A stretch of DNA of 32,000 nt from Alkanindiges illinoisensis DSM 15370 (GCF_000619845.1 NZ_KK211037.1:210001-242000); one strand, 5' to 3'; positions 9,216 through 17,886 are shown, counted from the stretch's first letter. Notes: generated from the letters alone by a model not told the origin. Numbers and translations are program-made.

Positions 9216-10331
9216 ATGCGCTGGTTGTTTGTAGTGATTATGGTGACGTTGTTTGAGCTGTTTAGCTATGGCGCTGCACAGGGCTTGAACTGGGGCCTTG
9301 CCAGTATTTTAAGCCCGCAGTCTGCGCAATACCTGCTTTGGGGCGTGTTTGCAATCAGCAATGGGTTGCTGGTGATCGCCATCCTGCGGCTTTTCAGCCT
9401 AGGCCTTAAACTGGCTATGACATGGCTCACCTTATTATGGCTGGTGATTTTAACCACTGTGGCCGTGGCTGGCGTGAATGTGATTCTTCACTATAGCCTA
9501 AGTACCCTGTATCAACAGCCGTTTTACCAGAATTATGGTGTACTGCTAATGATGGCACTGGGCTTTGCAGGCTTGGTTGGTTTAAGCCTGTATAACGCCT
9601 ATAGGCCTACTGTGCGCAGGTTACGCATTACTATTGATAAGCCTTTAAGCACGCCGCTACGCCTTGCCATGGTTTCGGATTTGCACTTAGGCCTGCTAGT
9701 GGGCAAACGTCATCTAGAGCAATTGAGCAATATTATCCAGCGTGAACAGGTGCAGTTATTGCTGATGCCCGGCGACATTATGGATGATGATATCAAGTAC
9801 TACCAGGCCCGCCAGATGCAATCCAATTTGCAGCAACTGGTGAGTCAGGTGCCGCTTGGTGTGTATGCCACCTTGGGTAATCATGATTTGTATGGTAATC
9901 GGGCAGAAATCACTGACGCACTGCGGCAGGCCGGTGTGCAGGTGCTGATTGATGAAAGTGTGCTGATCAATAATCAGGTCTGGCTGGTGGGGCGGCTGGA
10001 TGACATGGTAGGCAATCGCAAAGCCACCACGGAATTAATGCCAGCAAACCTGAATCAACCCATCATTGTCATGGATCATCGGCCCAGTGGTATTCATGAA
10101 AACAGCCAGTTACCCATTGATTTGCAGGTATCCGGGCATACTCATAATGGGCAGATTTTCCCGGCCAATTTTATTGTGAAATACTTAAATACCGTGGCGT
10201 ATGGCTACGAGAAAATCCGCAATACCCATGTGGTGGTGAGTTCTGGCTTTGGCTTTTGGGGTGTGCCATTCCGCTTGGGATCACAGTCGGAAGTCTGGGT
10301 CATTGAGATGGTAGGGGAGAGTGAGCGATGA
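9216..10331 (+). CDS. Membrane-anchored metallophosphoesterase (calcineurin-like, YaeI-type)
   Basis: About 130 aa of N-terminal TM helices, then the phosphoesterase motifs DLHLG, PGDIMDD, GNHD and GHTHNGQ in order. Confidence 0.88.
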   Translation: MRWLFVVIMVTLFELFSYGAAQGLNWGLASILSPQSAQYLLWGVFAISNGLLVIAILRLFSLGLKLAMTWLTLLWLVILTTVAVAGVNVILHYSLSTLYQQPFYQNYGVLLMMALGFAGLVGLSLYNAYRPTVRRLRITIDKPLSTPLRLAMVSDLHLGLLVGKRHLEQLSNIIQREQVQLLLMPGDIMDDDIKYYQARQMQSNLQQLVSQVPLGVYATLGNHDLYGNRAEITDALRQAGVQVLIDESVLINNQVWLVGRLDDMVGNRKATTELMPANLNQPIIVMDHRPSGIHENSQLPIDLQVSGHTHNGQIFPANFIVKYLNTVAYGYEKIRNTHVVVSSGFGFWGVPFRLGSQSEVWVIEMVGESER

Positions 10332-10332
10332 T

Positions 10333-10367
10333 AAATGAAATAATATTAAAGTATTTATTTCATTTTT
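10333..10367. terminator. AT-rich hairpin between convergent genes (weak bidirectional terminator candidate)
   Basis: Perfect 11-bp inverted repeat AAATGAAATAA (10333-10343) / TTATTTCATTT (10355-10365) with an 11-nt loop. It sits between the phosphoesterase stop and the engB stop. The stem is all A/T, so stability is low. Confidence 0.4.
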
Positions 10368-10379
10368 ATACACTATCGT

Positions 10380-11240
10380 TTACTCATCCAGATCCTCATC
10401 ACCTACTTCTGAAATATCGTCAATATTAATGCCTTTAAGTCCAACCGCATCCATATGAATATCAGGATGCAATAAACTGCTTTCCTGACTCTCTAAGGTA
10501 TTATCCATCGGATTAATTGCTTTACCGTCTTCATCCACTACATAGTTCAGGCGGCCCGCCATCACCATGGCCAGTTCTTCCAGACCCAGCTTGCTTAACG
10601 ATGAAAACAGCTGAATGGAAAAATCCAGCTTCATTTTTTTGAGTTCTTTTTTTACTTCCAGCAATACAGTGCTGGCTGGCCCACGGTTCAGCTTATCGGC
10701 TTTGGTCAGCAGGATATGCACAAATAAATGCCGATCTTTAGCCCATTCCAGCATCATGCGGTCAAAGTCCTTTAGGGGATGACGCACATCCATCAGCAAC
10801 ACCAGACCCGTCAGGCTTTTGCGTTCAATCAGGTAATTTTGCAGCTCTTTTTGCCAGACTTTTTTCATTTCTTCGGGCACGGCGGCATAGCCATAACCGG
10901 GCAAATCCACCAAACGCTGATCGGGATTGCCCAGGCTAAAAAAGTTGATCATTTGCGTGCGACCCGGACGCTTGGAAGCCCGTGCCAACTGATTTTGATC
11001 GGTAATACAATTAATGGCACTGGACTTGCCGGCATTGGAACGACCTGCAAAGGCGATTTCAAAGCCTGTATCCTCTACACACAAATTAAGCTTGGGCGCA
11101 CTCATTAAAAACTCAGCCTTGCGTAACCAGCTTAAGGCACTGAGGGCATAGGCAGAGGTTGCCGTATTTTCTTTTTTGGCATAAGAAATCGGCTTGAAGT
11201 CATGACGCTGAAACTTGGGTATTCTGGCTTTAGGGCGCAT
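10380..11240 (-). CDS. engB: Ribosome-biogenesis GTPase EngB/YihA
   Basis: FLMSAPKL...EIAFAGRSNAGKSSAIN (G1), DLPGYGYA (G3) and LTKADKL (G4) align with E. coli EngB. The ORF-track start at 11246 is a TTG; the first ATG is at 11240. Extra N- and C-terminal sequence relative to E. coli. Confidence 0.9.
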   Translation of the reverse strand: MRPKARIPKFQRHDFKPISYAKKENTATSAYALSALSWLRKAEFLMSAPKLNLCVEDTGFEIAFAGRSNAGKSSAINCITDQNQLARASKRPGRTQMINFFSLGNPDQRLVDLPGYGYAAVPEEMKKVWQKELQNYLIERKSLTGLVLLMDVRHPLKDFDRMMLEWAKDRHLFVHILLTKADKLNRGPASTVLLEVKKELKKMKLDFSIQLFSSLSKLGLEELAMVMAGRLNYVVDEDGKAINPMDNTLESQESSLLHPDIHMDAVGLKGINIDDISEVGDEDLDE

Positions 11241-11423
11241 AGTCAAACAGGGCTCTAATGATCTAGGAGAGTGTTATCTGAAACGGTATGAGGTGAGCAA
11301 ATCATCTGGGTGCAGTATAAAGCCTTTTGCACTGCCTGTGTTTTTTCTTCGTGGCCTGTGATGGGGTAGGGACAAGGGTACTAAGAACCGACTTGATTTC
11401 TAGCAACTTAATTTCTGCCAGTA

Positions 11424-11894
11424 CTATTGCGCCAGCATTAAATCCAGCACCGGAATGCGGTTATCGGCCTTGATAGCCTGTTGCAGTGGCGCCTTGATCA
11501 TGTCTGCGAGGGTGTACTGATCCAGATAATTAAAAAACACCTGTAAAGCCTGATCCAGCGCGGGTTTGAGCGCACAAATGCTAATCAGGGTGCAGGGTGT
11601 ACTATGACAGTCCACCAGCTGAATTTGCTGCTGGGTATTTTGTTCCAGCGTTTTAATGGCCTGACCCAGTCGGTATTCACTAGCCGGACGTGCCAGACTG
11701 ATACCGCCACCCTTGCCGCGAGTGGTTTGTACCCAGCCCTGCTTGCCCATAAAATGCACCACCTTTACCAGATGGTTGTGCGATACCATCAGCTCTTCTG
11801 CCATCTCACTGATGGTAAAAGGCGTAGGACGGGGCGGCTGGGTCAGATAAATCAGTACCCGCAAGCCAAGATCGGTAAACCGGTTTAATTGCAT
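11424..11894 (-). CDS. nsrR: Rrf2-family NO-sensing transcriptional repressor
   Basis: 156 aa. Rrf2 wHTH N-terminus (MQLNRFTDLGLRVLIYL, ...ISEMAEEL.VS.NHLVKVVH) and three spaced Cys (C..C.....C: DCHSTPCTLISIC) for the Fe-S cluster. It is adjacent to hmp, which carries an NsrR-type operator. Confidence 0.85.
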   Translation of the reverse strand: MQLNRFTDLGLRVLIYLTQPPRPTPFTISEMAEELMVSHNHLVKVVHFMGKQGWVQTTRGKGGGISLARPASEYRLGQAIKTLEQNTQQQIQLVDCHSTPCTLISICALKPALDQALQVFFNYLDQYTLADMIKAPLQQAIKADNRIPVLDLMLAQ

Positions 11895-11943
11895 GATTTA
11901 GGTACACAAGGGTAGAAGAGACAAAGAACAACACAGGTTGCTT

Positions 11944-11982
11944 AAAATAAAAGCAGGGTTAATCCTATCACAGATTAACCCT
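11944..11982 (-). terminator. Rho-independent terminator after hmp
   Basis: On the - strand: AGGGTTAATC - 8 nt - GATTAACCCT (10-bp perfect stem, 11955-11964 / 11973-11982) followed by GCTTTTATTTT. Confidence 0.65.
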
Positions 11983-12068
11983 TGATCGCCGATAAACTAA
12001 ATAAGCATTCTAAACAATCAGCTATTCAAATACAGTTGTACTTAATACCTGTAGCGCCTTAACAGTCC

Positions 12069-13283
12069 TTAGCTAAAATGCACACCGCCAGTGCCAAAGG
12101 CTTCACTATGGATTTGCTCGGGCTTGATGCCACGTGCCACCAGTGCCTTGTGCTGTTCCTGCATAAATGGAATCGGGCCACACAGGTAGTAATCGGCATC
12201 AGTTGGCAATTGTTCAGTCGGTAACTCTGCCAGATTTAGACGGCCCGCATAGTGATAATCCTGACCTAGTACATCACTGTCCTGCGGATGTTCATAGGCA
12301 GTCCACAGACTCAGATTTGGCTGCCGGGTTTTAAGGTCATTTAAATGCTGCTTCATGGCATGCACCTGACTGCCCCGGCAGGCATGAATAAAATGCACGG
12401 GTTTTGGCATATCCAGACTCACCAGATGATTGAGCATGGCAATCATGGGGGTTAAGCCCACACCGCCACTAATCAGCACATTGGTTTTGTGGCTGTCGAA
12501 CAGAAAGAAGTTCCCGGTGGGTGCAGTTACTTCAATTTCATCATTTTCCTGCATGGCATGCAGAGTATTGGATACCCAGCCGCCAATTTTGTCACCCTGT
12601 GCATCTTCACGCTTCACGGAAATGCGCAAATGATCAGGACGCGGGCTATCCGACAGGCTGTACTGGCGGGGCTGCTTGTGACCCAGTTCCGGTACAGTCA
12701 TACGCACGGAAATATACTGGCCAGCCTGATGCGGTGGGAGTTTGCCGCCATCGCTAGGGGTCAGATAAAACGAGGTAATTTCGCTACTTTCCTGAACCTT
12801 TCTGGCAATCTTGAACTTGCGCCAGCCGAGCCAGCTGCCCTGGGTTTGCTGATGTTCCTGATAAATCTTTTGTTCAGTTTCAATAAACACATTGGCCAGT
12901 TGTCCATAAGCCGCTGCCCATGCAGCAATTAGCTCATCTTCCATCGGCACTTTCAGCACTTCACTAATGGAATGCAGCAGGTTTTCACCCACGATATTGT
13001 AATCCGGTGCCTGAATGTTCAGGCTCACATGCTTGTGCGCCACCAGCTCAATGACTGGTGCTAGCACAGACGGGTCTTCAATATTTTCGGCATAAGCCAG
13101 CACCGCGCCTGCCAGAGCCTGTGCCTGTGCACCACTACGCTGATGCGCCAGATTAAAGGTTTCCTTTAAATTCGGGTTGTTGGTCAACATGCGATTATAA
13201 AAATAGCTGGTTAAGGCAACCCCGTGTTCACGCAATACAGGAACAGTGGCTTTAACAAGGTCTTTCTGGCTCTGGGTTAACAT
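12069..13283 (-). CDS. hmp: Flavohemoprotein (NO dioxygenase)
   Basis: Globin domain (MLTQSQKDLVKATVPVL..., aligned position-for-position with E. coli MLDAQTIATVKATIPLL) plus an FAD/NAD(P) reductase domain (RQYSLS, GGVGLTP, YLCGP). The ORF track starts three codons earlier (ATG at 13292). I prefer the ATG at 13283 from the alignment and an AGAGA ~9 nt upstream. Confidence 0.93.
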   Translation of the reverse strand: MLTQSQKDLVKATVPVLREHGVALTSYFYNRMLTNNPNLKETFNLAHQRSGAQAQALAGAVLAYAENIEDPSVLAPVIELVAHKHVSLNIQAPDYNIVGENLLHSISEVLKVPMEDELIAAWAAAYGQLANVFIETEQKIYQEHQQTQGSWLGWRKFKIARKVQESSEITSFYLTPSDGGKLPPHQAGQYISVRMTVPELGHKQPRQYSLSDSPRPDHLRISVKREDAQGDKIGGWVSNTLHAMQENDEIEVTAPTGNFFLFDSHKTNVLISGGVGLTPMIAMLNHLVSLDMPKPVHFIHACRGSQVHAMKQHLNDLKTRQPNLSLWTAYEHPQDSDVLGQDYHYAGRLNLAELPTEQLPTDADYYLCGPIPFMQEQHKALVARGIKPEQIHSEAFGTGGVHFS

Positions 13284-13307
13284 GGCAAGCATCTCTGGCT
13301 GTGCTAT

Positions 13308-13330
13308 AAGATGTATATAAAATACATCTT
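13308..13330. promoter_or_regulatory. NsrR operator upstream of hmp
   Basis: AAGATGTATAT-A-AAATACATCTT has the 11-1-11 inverted-repeat architecture. It is nearly identical to the published gammaproteobacterial NsrR box (AAGATGCATTT-N-AAATGCATCTT type). The arms extend to 11 perfect bp as ATAAGATGTAT/ATACATCTTAT (13306-13332). It lies 16-25 nt upstream of the hmp start. Confidence 0.8.
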
Positions 13331-13411
13331 ATAAAATCCAGCTGTCAATCTTAAATTCCATGATTTTTTAGGTGTTTAATTTAATCAAATTAACTCATTG
13401 AAAAGAATGAA

Positions 13412-14665
13412 CTAAATATTTTGTAATGCCTGCTGTAAATCAGCCATGAGATCATCAATAGCTTCCAGCCCAATGCAAAAGCGCACTAAAACCCCTTCAT
13501 AATGATGGCCAAGTTGTCGCATGTGCTCCAGTTGATAAGGCATCACCAGACTCACCGGGCCGCCCCAGCTATAGCCCAGCTTGAACAATTGCAGGGCATC
13601 ACAAAATGCATCCACCTGTTGCAGGGAAAATTCGGGTTTAAACAGCACGCTCATCAGTCCGGCGGCCCGGTTGCTTTCACCACACACCTGTTGCCAGAAC
13701 GCATGTCCTTTAGCATCAGGCAGGGCAGGGTGAAGTACCTGTGCAAAACAATCCTGCTGGCCTAACCAGTTGGCCAGTTGCCGCGTAGTGTTATCTTGCT
13801 GCGCATAACGAAGCTGAATACTGGGCAGGCTACGAATAATCCGCTCGGCGTCATCACCGCCCACACCAATGCCCTGTAAGGCATGGGTACGTAGCATAGC
13901 CAGATGCAGGTTGCGTTGCCGGGTTACAATACTGCCCATCAGCACATCAGCGCCACCACTGGGATACTTGGTTAAGGCATGCACGCTAATATCGACACTC
14001 AGATGTTCTTCTGAAAAATCAAACGGGCAAAATGCCAGCCCGGCGCCCCAGGTGTTATCCAGTACGGTCAGCACATTGGCTGCCTGTGCCTTTTTCACCA
14101 AGCTCACCAGATCAGGAAATTCCAGCGTCACTGAACCGGCTGCTTCCAGCCAGATCAGCTTGGCCCTGGAAGAAGGCGTAAAGCTGCTGGCATCCAGCGG
14201 GTCATACAGGAAATAATCAATGCCAAACTGGGTTTTAAGCTGTCTGATCAAATCCTTGTTTGGCCCATATATATTGTCAGGTAGCCAGACCTCATCGCCC
14301 TGCTGTAAAAATGTAAAGTTCACCAGACTAATGGCAGACAAACCACTAGGCGCCAAAATGCAATATTCACCCCCCTCAAGTGCAGCAATACGATCAGCCA
14401 GCGCATAGGTGGTTGGTGTGCCATGCAGGCCATAGCTATAGTCGTAGTCATCCTGCCAGCTTCGGTTGCGCATAGCCTGTGTAGACTCAAAAAACACCGT
14501 AGATGCCCTATATACAGCAGGTTGAACCGACCCAAACTTTTGTGGCACCTGTTTTTCAGGATGAATCAAATGGGTAATACTGGAGCTAACAGGCCTGGAG
14601 GTAGTTTTAAGAGTATTGTTAGTAGTGGGGCTGGCAGGTGTATTGGTGTGGGCTGAATCCGTCAT
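13412..14665 (-). CDS. metC: Cystathionine beta-lyase (PLP-dependent Cys/Met metabolism family)
   Basis: Aligns with E. coli MetC through DNTW, the PLP-lysine block (HALTKY), HPALP..KGH.FW, YSWGG and IGLE..DDL.ADL. The ORF-track start (14695) is a TTG; the first ATG is at 14665 (MTDSAH...). Neither has a good SD. Confidence 0.88.
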   Translation of the reverse strand: MTDSAHTNTPASPTTNNTLKTTSRPVSSSITHLIHPEKQVPQKFGSVQPAVYRASTVFFESTQAMRNRSWQDDYDYSYGLHGTPTTYALADRIAALEGGEYCILAPSGLSAISLVNFTFLQQGDEVWLPDNIYGPNKDLIRQLKTQFGIDYFLYDPLDASSFTPSSRAKLIWLEAAGSVTLEFPDLVSLVKKAQAANVLTVLDNTWGAGLAFCPFDFSEEHLSVDISVHALTKYPSGGADVLMGSIVTRQRNLHLAMLRTHALQGIGVGGDDAERIIRSLPSIQLRYAQQDNTTRQLANWLGQQDCFAQVLHPALPDAKGHAFWQQVCGESNRAAGLMSVLFKPEFSLQQVDAFCDALQLFKLGYSWGGPVSLVMPYQLEHMRQLGHHYEGVLVRFCIGLEAIDDLMADLQQALQNI

Positions 14666-14699
14666 CACAAGTTCACAAGGCAATATTTGAGTCAACGCT

Positions 14700-14745
14700 A
14701 AATAAATAACAGGGTGCTGGCAAGGTCAACCCTGATTTATTTTTA
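14700..14745. terminator. Terminator-like A-tract/hairpin/T-tract element in the metC-GATase divergent region
   Basis: AAATAAATAA-CAGGGT (14710-14715) - 13 nt - ACCCTG (14729-14734) - ATTTATTTTTA. The flanking AAATAAAT/ATTTATTT can extend the stem. It is T-rich on both strands after the stem. Confidence 0.4.
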
Positions 14746-14893
14746 TCAGACAAAATAATTACCTGCATCAGCAGCGACTGCAATTTGGCAACGGTTTTAA
14801 AGGAAAAGATAACACAGTCATAAAATCACGCATGATTTAATGGCTGTTTAATAACGAGTTCAGCACACATACTGACTAGCCGGAGGTAAACTG

Positions 14894-15691
14894 ATGCAGA
14901 CAGCACTACGGGTCCATTATTTCCAGCATATCTTGCATGAAGGTTATGGCAGCCCGGAACATTATTTAAAAGAAAAAGGCGCAGTATTCAGCCATACCGA
15001 GTTTTTTGCACTGGATAAAGGCCAGCAAGCCAGCAACTTGCCTAGCACCGATGAGATTGACCTGCTGATCGTCATGGGCGGGGTGATGAGTGTAAACGAT
15101 GAAGCCACTTATCCATGGTTAAAACAGGAGAAACAATGGATTCGGGAGTTCATAGCCAAAGACAAGCCAATCATTGGGTTATGTCTGGGTGGGCAACTGA
15201 TTGCCAGTAGTCTGGGGGCGCAGGTTCATAAGAACAAGTATGAAGAAATTGGCTGGTGGTCGATTTTCAAGGTCGATGGAGCTGCCCAGCACGATCCATC
15301 ACAGCATATTTTTGATTTTCCTGATGACCTGATTGCCTTGAGCTGGCATAACGAAACCTTTGAGTTACCTGAGGGTGCTGTATTACTGGCCGGCAGTGCA
15401 GCCTGTTCAAAGCAGGCCTATCAGTATAAGCACAATGTGCTGGCTTTCCAGTTTCATCCGGAAATCACGCCTGTTAATCTGGCCTTGTTTCTGGAAGAAA
15501 AGCCGGATATGGAAAACAAGGATGGGACCTATATTCAGTCATTCCATGAACTGATGGCTACTTCGCTGGATACCTTTAAGCCCGCAAACGAAATGCTCAA
15601 CCGCGCCATTGATTTTGTACTGCAAGCCACTGCACAGGCACAAAGACTCAATTCTGTCAAAGCCGCTAAAAACAACGTTCAGCCCACATAA
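14894..15691 (+). CDS. Class-I (type 1) glutamine amidotransferase-domain protein
   Basis: GGAGG SD at 14882-14886. Nucleophile elbow GLCLGGQL and FQFHPE His/Glu block. Stand-alone GATase (GuaA-N-terminal-like), 265 aa. Confidence 0.85.
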   Translation: MQTALRVHYFQHILHEGYGSPEHYLKEKGAVFSHTEFFALDKGQQASNLPSTDEIDLLIVMGGVMSVNDEATYPWLKQEKQWIREFIAKDKPIIGLCLGGQLIASSLGAQVHKNKYEEIGWWSIFKVDGAAQHDPSQHIFDFPDDLIALSWHNETFELPEGAVLLAGSAACSKQAYQYKHNVLAFQFHPEITPVNLALFLEEKPDMENKDGTYIQSFHELMATSLDTFKPANEMLNRAIDFVLQATAQAQRLNSVKAAKNNVQPT

Positions 15692-15697
15692 GTTTGC

Positions 15698-15726
15698 TTG
15701 CTTTTAAGCCAGTTTGTCCCTACAAT
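15698..15726 (+). promoter_or_regulatory. Candidate sigma70 promoter of the S10 operon
   Basis: TTGCTT (15698-15703) - 17 nt - TACAAT (15721-15726), ~170 nt upstream of rpsJ. Confidence 0.45.
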
Positions 15727-15830
15727 AGCCAGCCTTCGAGAAACTTGGTTTTCTCAAGCGGCTGTGTTTTGCCTGTCAAAACCAGCCATGACAGTCGTGG
15801 CATCGTTCACGACCTTAGTGATTTTCACTG

Positions 15831-15879
15831 CCTTTGACCCTCAAGCTTGAGGCGCGTCAAGGGTGATTCTTTATTATTT
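15831..15879 (+). promoter_or_regulatory. S10-leader attenuator-like hairpin plus U-tract (candidate L4 autoregulatory site)
   Basis: CCTTTGAC-CCTCA-AGCT-TGAGG-CGC-GTCAAGGG forms a long bulged hairpin. It is followed by TGATTCTTTATTATTT, ending ~18 nt before the rpsJ ATG. Confidence 0.45.
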
Positions 15880-15896
15880 GGCTTGGAGTAACTGGT

Positions 15897-16208
15897 ATGG
15901 CTAACCAGAGAATCCGTATCCGCCTGAAGTCGTTTGATCATCGTCTGATTGATCAGTCTGCCCAGGAGATCGTAGAGACCGCTAAGCGCACTGGTGCGCA
16001 AGTTTGCGGCCCGATTCCGATGCCTACTCGCATCGAACGCTTTAACGTACTGACTTCCCCACACGTCAACAAAGACGCGCGTGATCAGTATGAGATCCGT
16101 ACCCACAAACGCATGGTTGATATCGTACAGCCAACTGATAAAACAGTTGACGCGCTGATGAAACTTGATCTTGCTGCTGGTGTAGACGTACAGATCGCAT
16201 TGGGCTAA
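15897..16208 (+). CDS. rpsJ: 30S ribosomal protein S10
   Basis: [36 protein letters not shown]... is near-identical to E. coli S10. First gene of the operon. Confidence 0.98.
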   Translation: MANQRIRIRLKSFDHRLIDQSAQEIVETAKRTGAQVCGPIPMPTRIERFNVLTSPHVNKDARDQYEIRTHKRMVDIVQPTDKTVDALMKLDLAAGVDVQIALG

Positions 16209-16316
16209 TCCTAGATTAGTTCGTGCAGTGTTAAGGCTTTCGGTAAGTTGATGCAACTAAATGCTTTTCTAAATAGCAAAACTGCTCAACAAGCCGCTTT
16301 TTAAGAGGTTAAACAA

Positions 16317-16955
16317 ATGGCTATTGGTCTAGTCGGTCGTAAGTGCGGTATGACCCGTATCTTCACAGAAGCCGGCGTCTCCGTGCCAGTCACGGTGATC
16401 GAAGTCGATCCAAACCGTATTACTCAAATCAAAACACTGGAAACTGATGGCTACCAGGCTGTGCAGGTTACCACTGGCGAACGTCGCGAATCTCGCGTTA
16501 CCAACGCCCAGAAAGGTCACTATGCCAAAGCGGGTGTTGCTGCAGGCCGTGTTGTGAAAGAGTTCCGCGTTAACGAAGCTGACCTTGATGGTCGTGAAGT
16601 TGGCGGTACTATCGGTGTGGACGTGTTCACCGTAGGTCAGATCGTTGACGTTACTGGTCAGAGCAAAGGTAAAGGCTTCCAGGGTGGTGTTAAGCGCTGG
16701 AATTTCCGCACACAAGATGCAACTCATGGTAACTCGGTTTCTCACCGTGTACATGGTTCTACTGGTCAAAACCAGACACCTGGTCGCGTGTTCAAAGGCA
16801 AGAAAATGGCCGGACACATGGGTGACGAGCGTGTAACCGTACAAGGTCTTGAAGTGGTATCTATTGACGCTGAACGTTCTGTTCTGGTGGTTAAAGGTGC
16901 TGTACCCGGTTCGATTGGTGGCGACGTTATCGTTCGTCCGACCATCAAGGCCTGA
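16317..16955 (+). CDS. rplC: 50S ribosomal protein L3
   Basis: [29 protein letters not shown]... L3 signature, AAGAGG SD, operon position. Confidence 0.98.
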   Translation: MAIGLVGRKCGMTRIFTEAGVSVPVTVIEVDPNRITQIKTLETDGYQAVQVTTGERRESRVTNAQKGHYAKAGVAAGRVVKEFRVNEADLDGREVGGTIGVDVFTVGQIVDVTGQSKGKGFQGGVKRWNFRTQDATHGNSVSHRVHGSTGQNQTPGRVFKGKKMAGHMGDERVTVQGLEVVSIDAERSVLVVKGAVPGSIGGDVIVRPTIKA

Positions 16956-16966
16956 GGGATATTAAC

Positions 16967-17569
16967 GTGAATCTGAAGACTGTTTCTGGTGCAGCTGTTG
17001 AGCTGTCCGACGTTGCCTTCGGCAGAGAATTCAACGAAGCCTTGGTACACCAAGTGGTAACTGCTTATCTGGCAGGTACTCGTCAAGGCTCTAAAGCACA
17101 AAAATCTCGTGCTGAAGTTTCTGGTGGCGGTAAAAAACCTTTTAAACAAAAAGGTACTGGTCGCGCCCGTGCGGGTTCTATTCGTAGCCCGATCTGGCGT
17201 GGTGGTGGTAAAACTTTTGCAGCCCGTCCTCAAGACTGGTCTCAAAAAGTAAACCGCAAAATGTATCGTGGTGCGATGCAATGTATCCTGGCTGAACTGG
17301 TTCGTCAGGAACGTTTGGTACTGGTTGAAGATATTGCTGTATCTGCACCAAAAACCAAAGAATTGCTTGGCAAACTAAACGACCTAAATGCAACTCGTGC
17401 ATTAATCGTGACTGATGCTATAGATGAAAATCTGTATCTGGCTGCGCGCAATATTCCTCACGTTGACGTGGTGGATGCTGCTGCGGTTAATCCGGTTAGC
17501 CTGATCGCGTTTGATAAAGTTGTGATGTCCGTAAATGCTGCCAAGAAACTTGAGGTAGAACTAGGATGA
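16967..17569 (+). CDS. rplD: 50S ribosomal protein L4
   Basis: GTG start at 16967. ...[40 protein letters not shown] matches L4. Confidence 0.97.
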   Translation: MNLKTVSGAAVELSDVAFGREFNEALVHQVVTAYLAGTRQGSKAQKSRAEVSGGGKKPFKQKGTGRARAGSIRSPIWRGGGKTFAARPQDWSQKVNRKMYRGAMQCILAELVRQERLVLVEDIAVSAPKTKELLGKLNDLNATRALIVTDAIDENLYLAARNIPHVDVVDAAAVNPVSLIAFDKVVMSVNAAKKLEVELG

Positions 17570-17886
17570 ATAACGCACGCTTGTATCAAGTCCTAAAAGG
17601 ACCACACTACTCTGAAAAAGCTCAGGTACTGGGTGACACGCTTGGCGTTCAAGTGTTTAAAGTTGACGTCAACGCCACCAAGCTTGAGATTAAAAAAGCG
17701 GTTGAAACTCTTTTTGGTGTTCAGGTTGAATCTGTGAACACATTAAACCAGAAAGGTAAAACCAAACGCTTTGGCCGTACTGTTGGACGTCGTTCTGACA
17801 GCAAAAAAGCATACGTCACCCTGAAAGCTGGCCAGGATGTTCAAATGGCTGACTTGGGCGATACCGCTGAGAGCACAGCGGAGTAA
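17566..17886 (+). CDS. rplW: 50S ribosomal protein L23
   Basis: ATGA overlap with rplD. L23-like sequence ([10 protein letters not shown]..., [10 protein letters not shown]). Operon position. Confidence 0.97.
   Translation: MNNARLYQVLKGPHYSEKAQVLGDTLGVQVFKVDVNATKLEIKKAVETLFGVQVESVNTLNQKGKTKRFGRTVGRRSDSKKAYVTLKAGQDVQMADLGDTAESTAE

Noticed and set aside
11309-11350. Plus-strand hairpin (GCAGT...ACTGC) followed by TGTGTTTTTTC between engB and nsrR. Possible terminator of an unannotated sRNA.
   Set aside because: The stem is only 5 bp with a 14-nt loop, and there is no upstream + strand gene or promoter signal. This is too weak to call.
15825-17281. Minus-strand ORFs of 143 and 171 aa (two) overlapping the S10 leader, rpsJ, rplC and rplD
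   Set aside because: They are antisense shadows of highly expressed, codon-biased ribosomal genes. They have no SD and no recognisable protein features.
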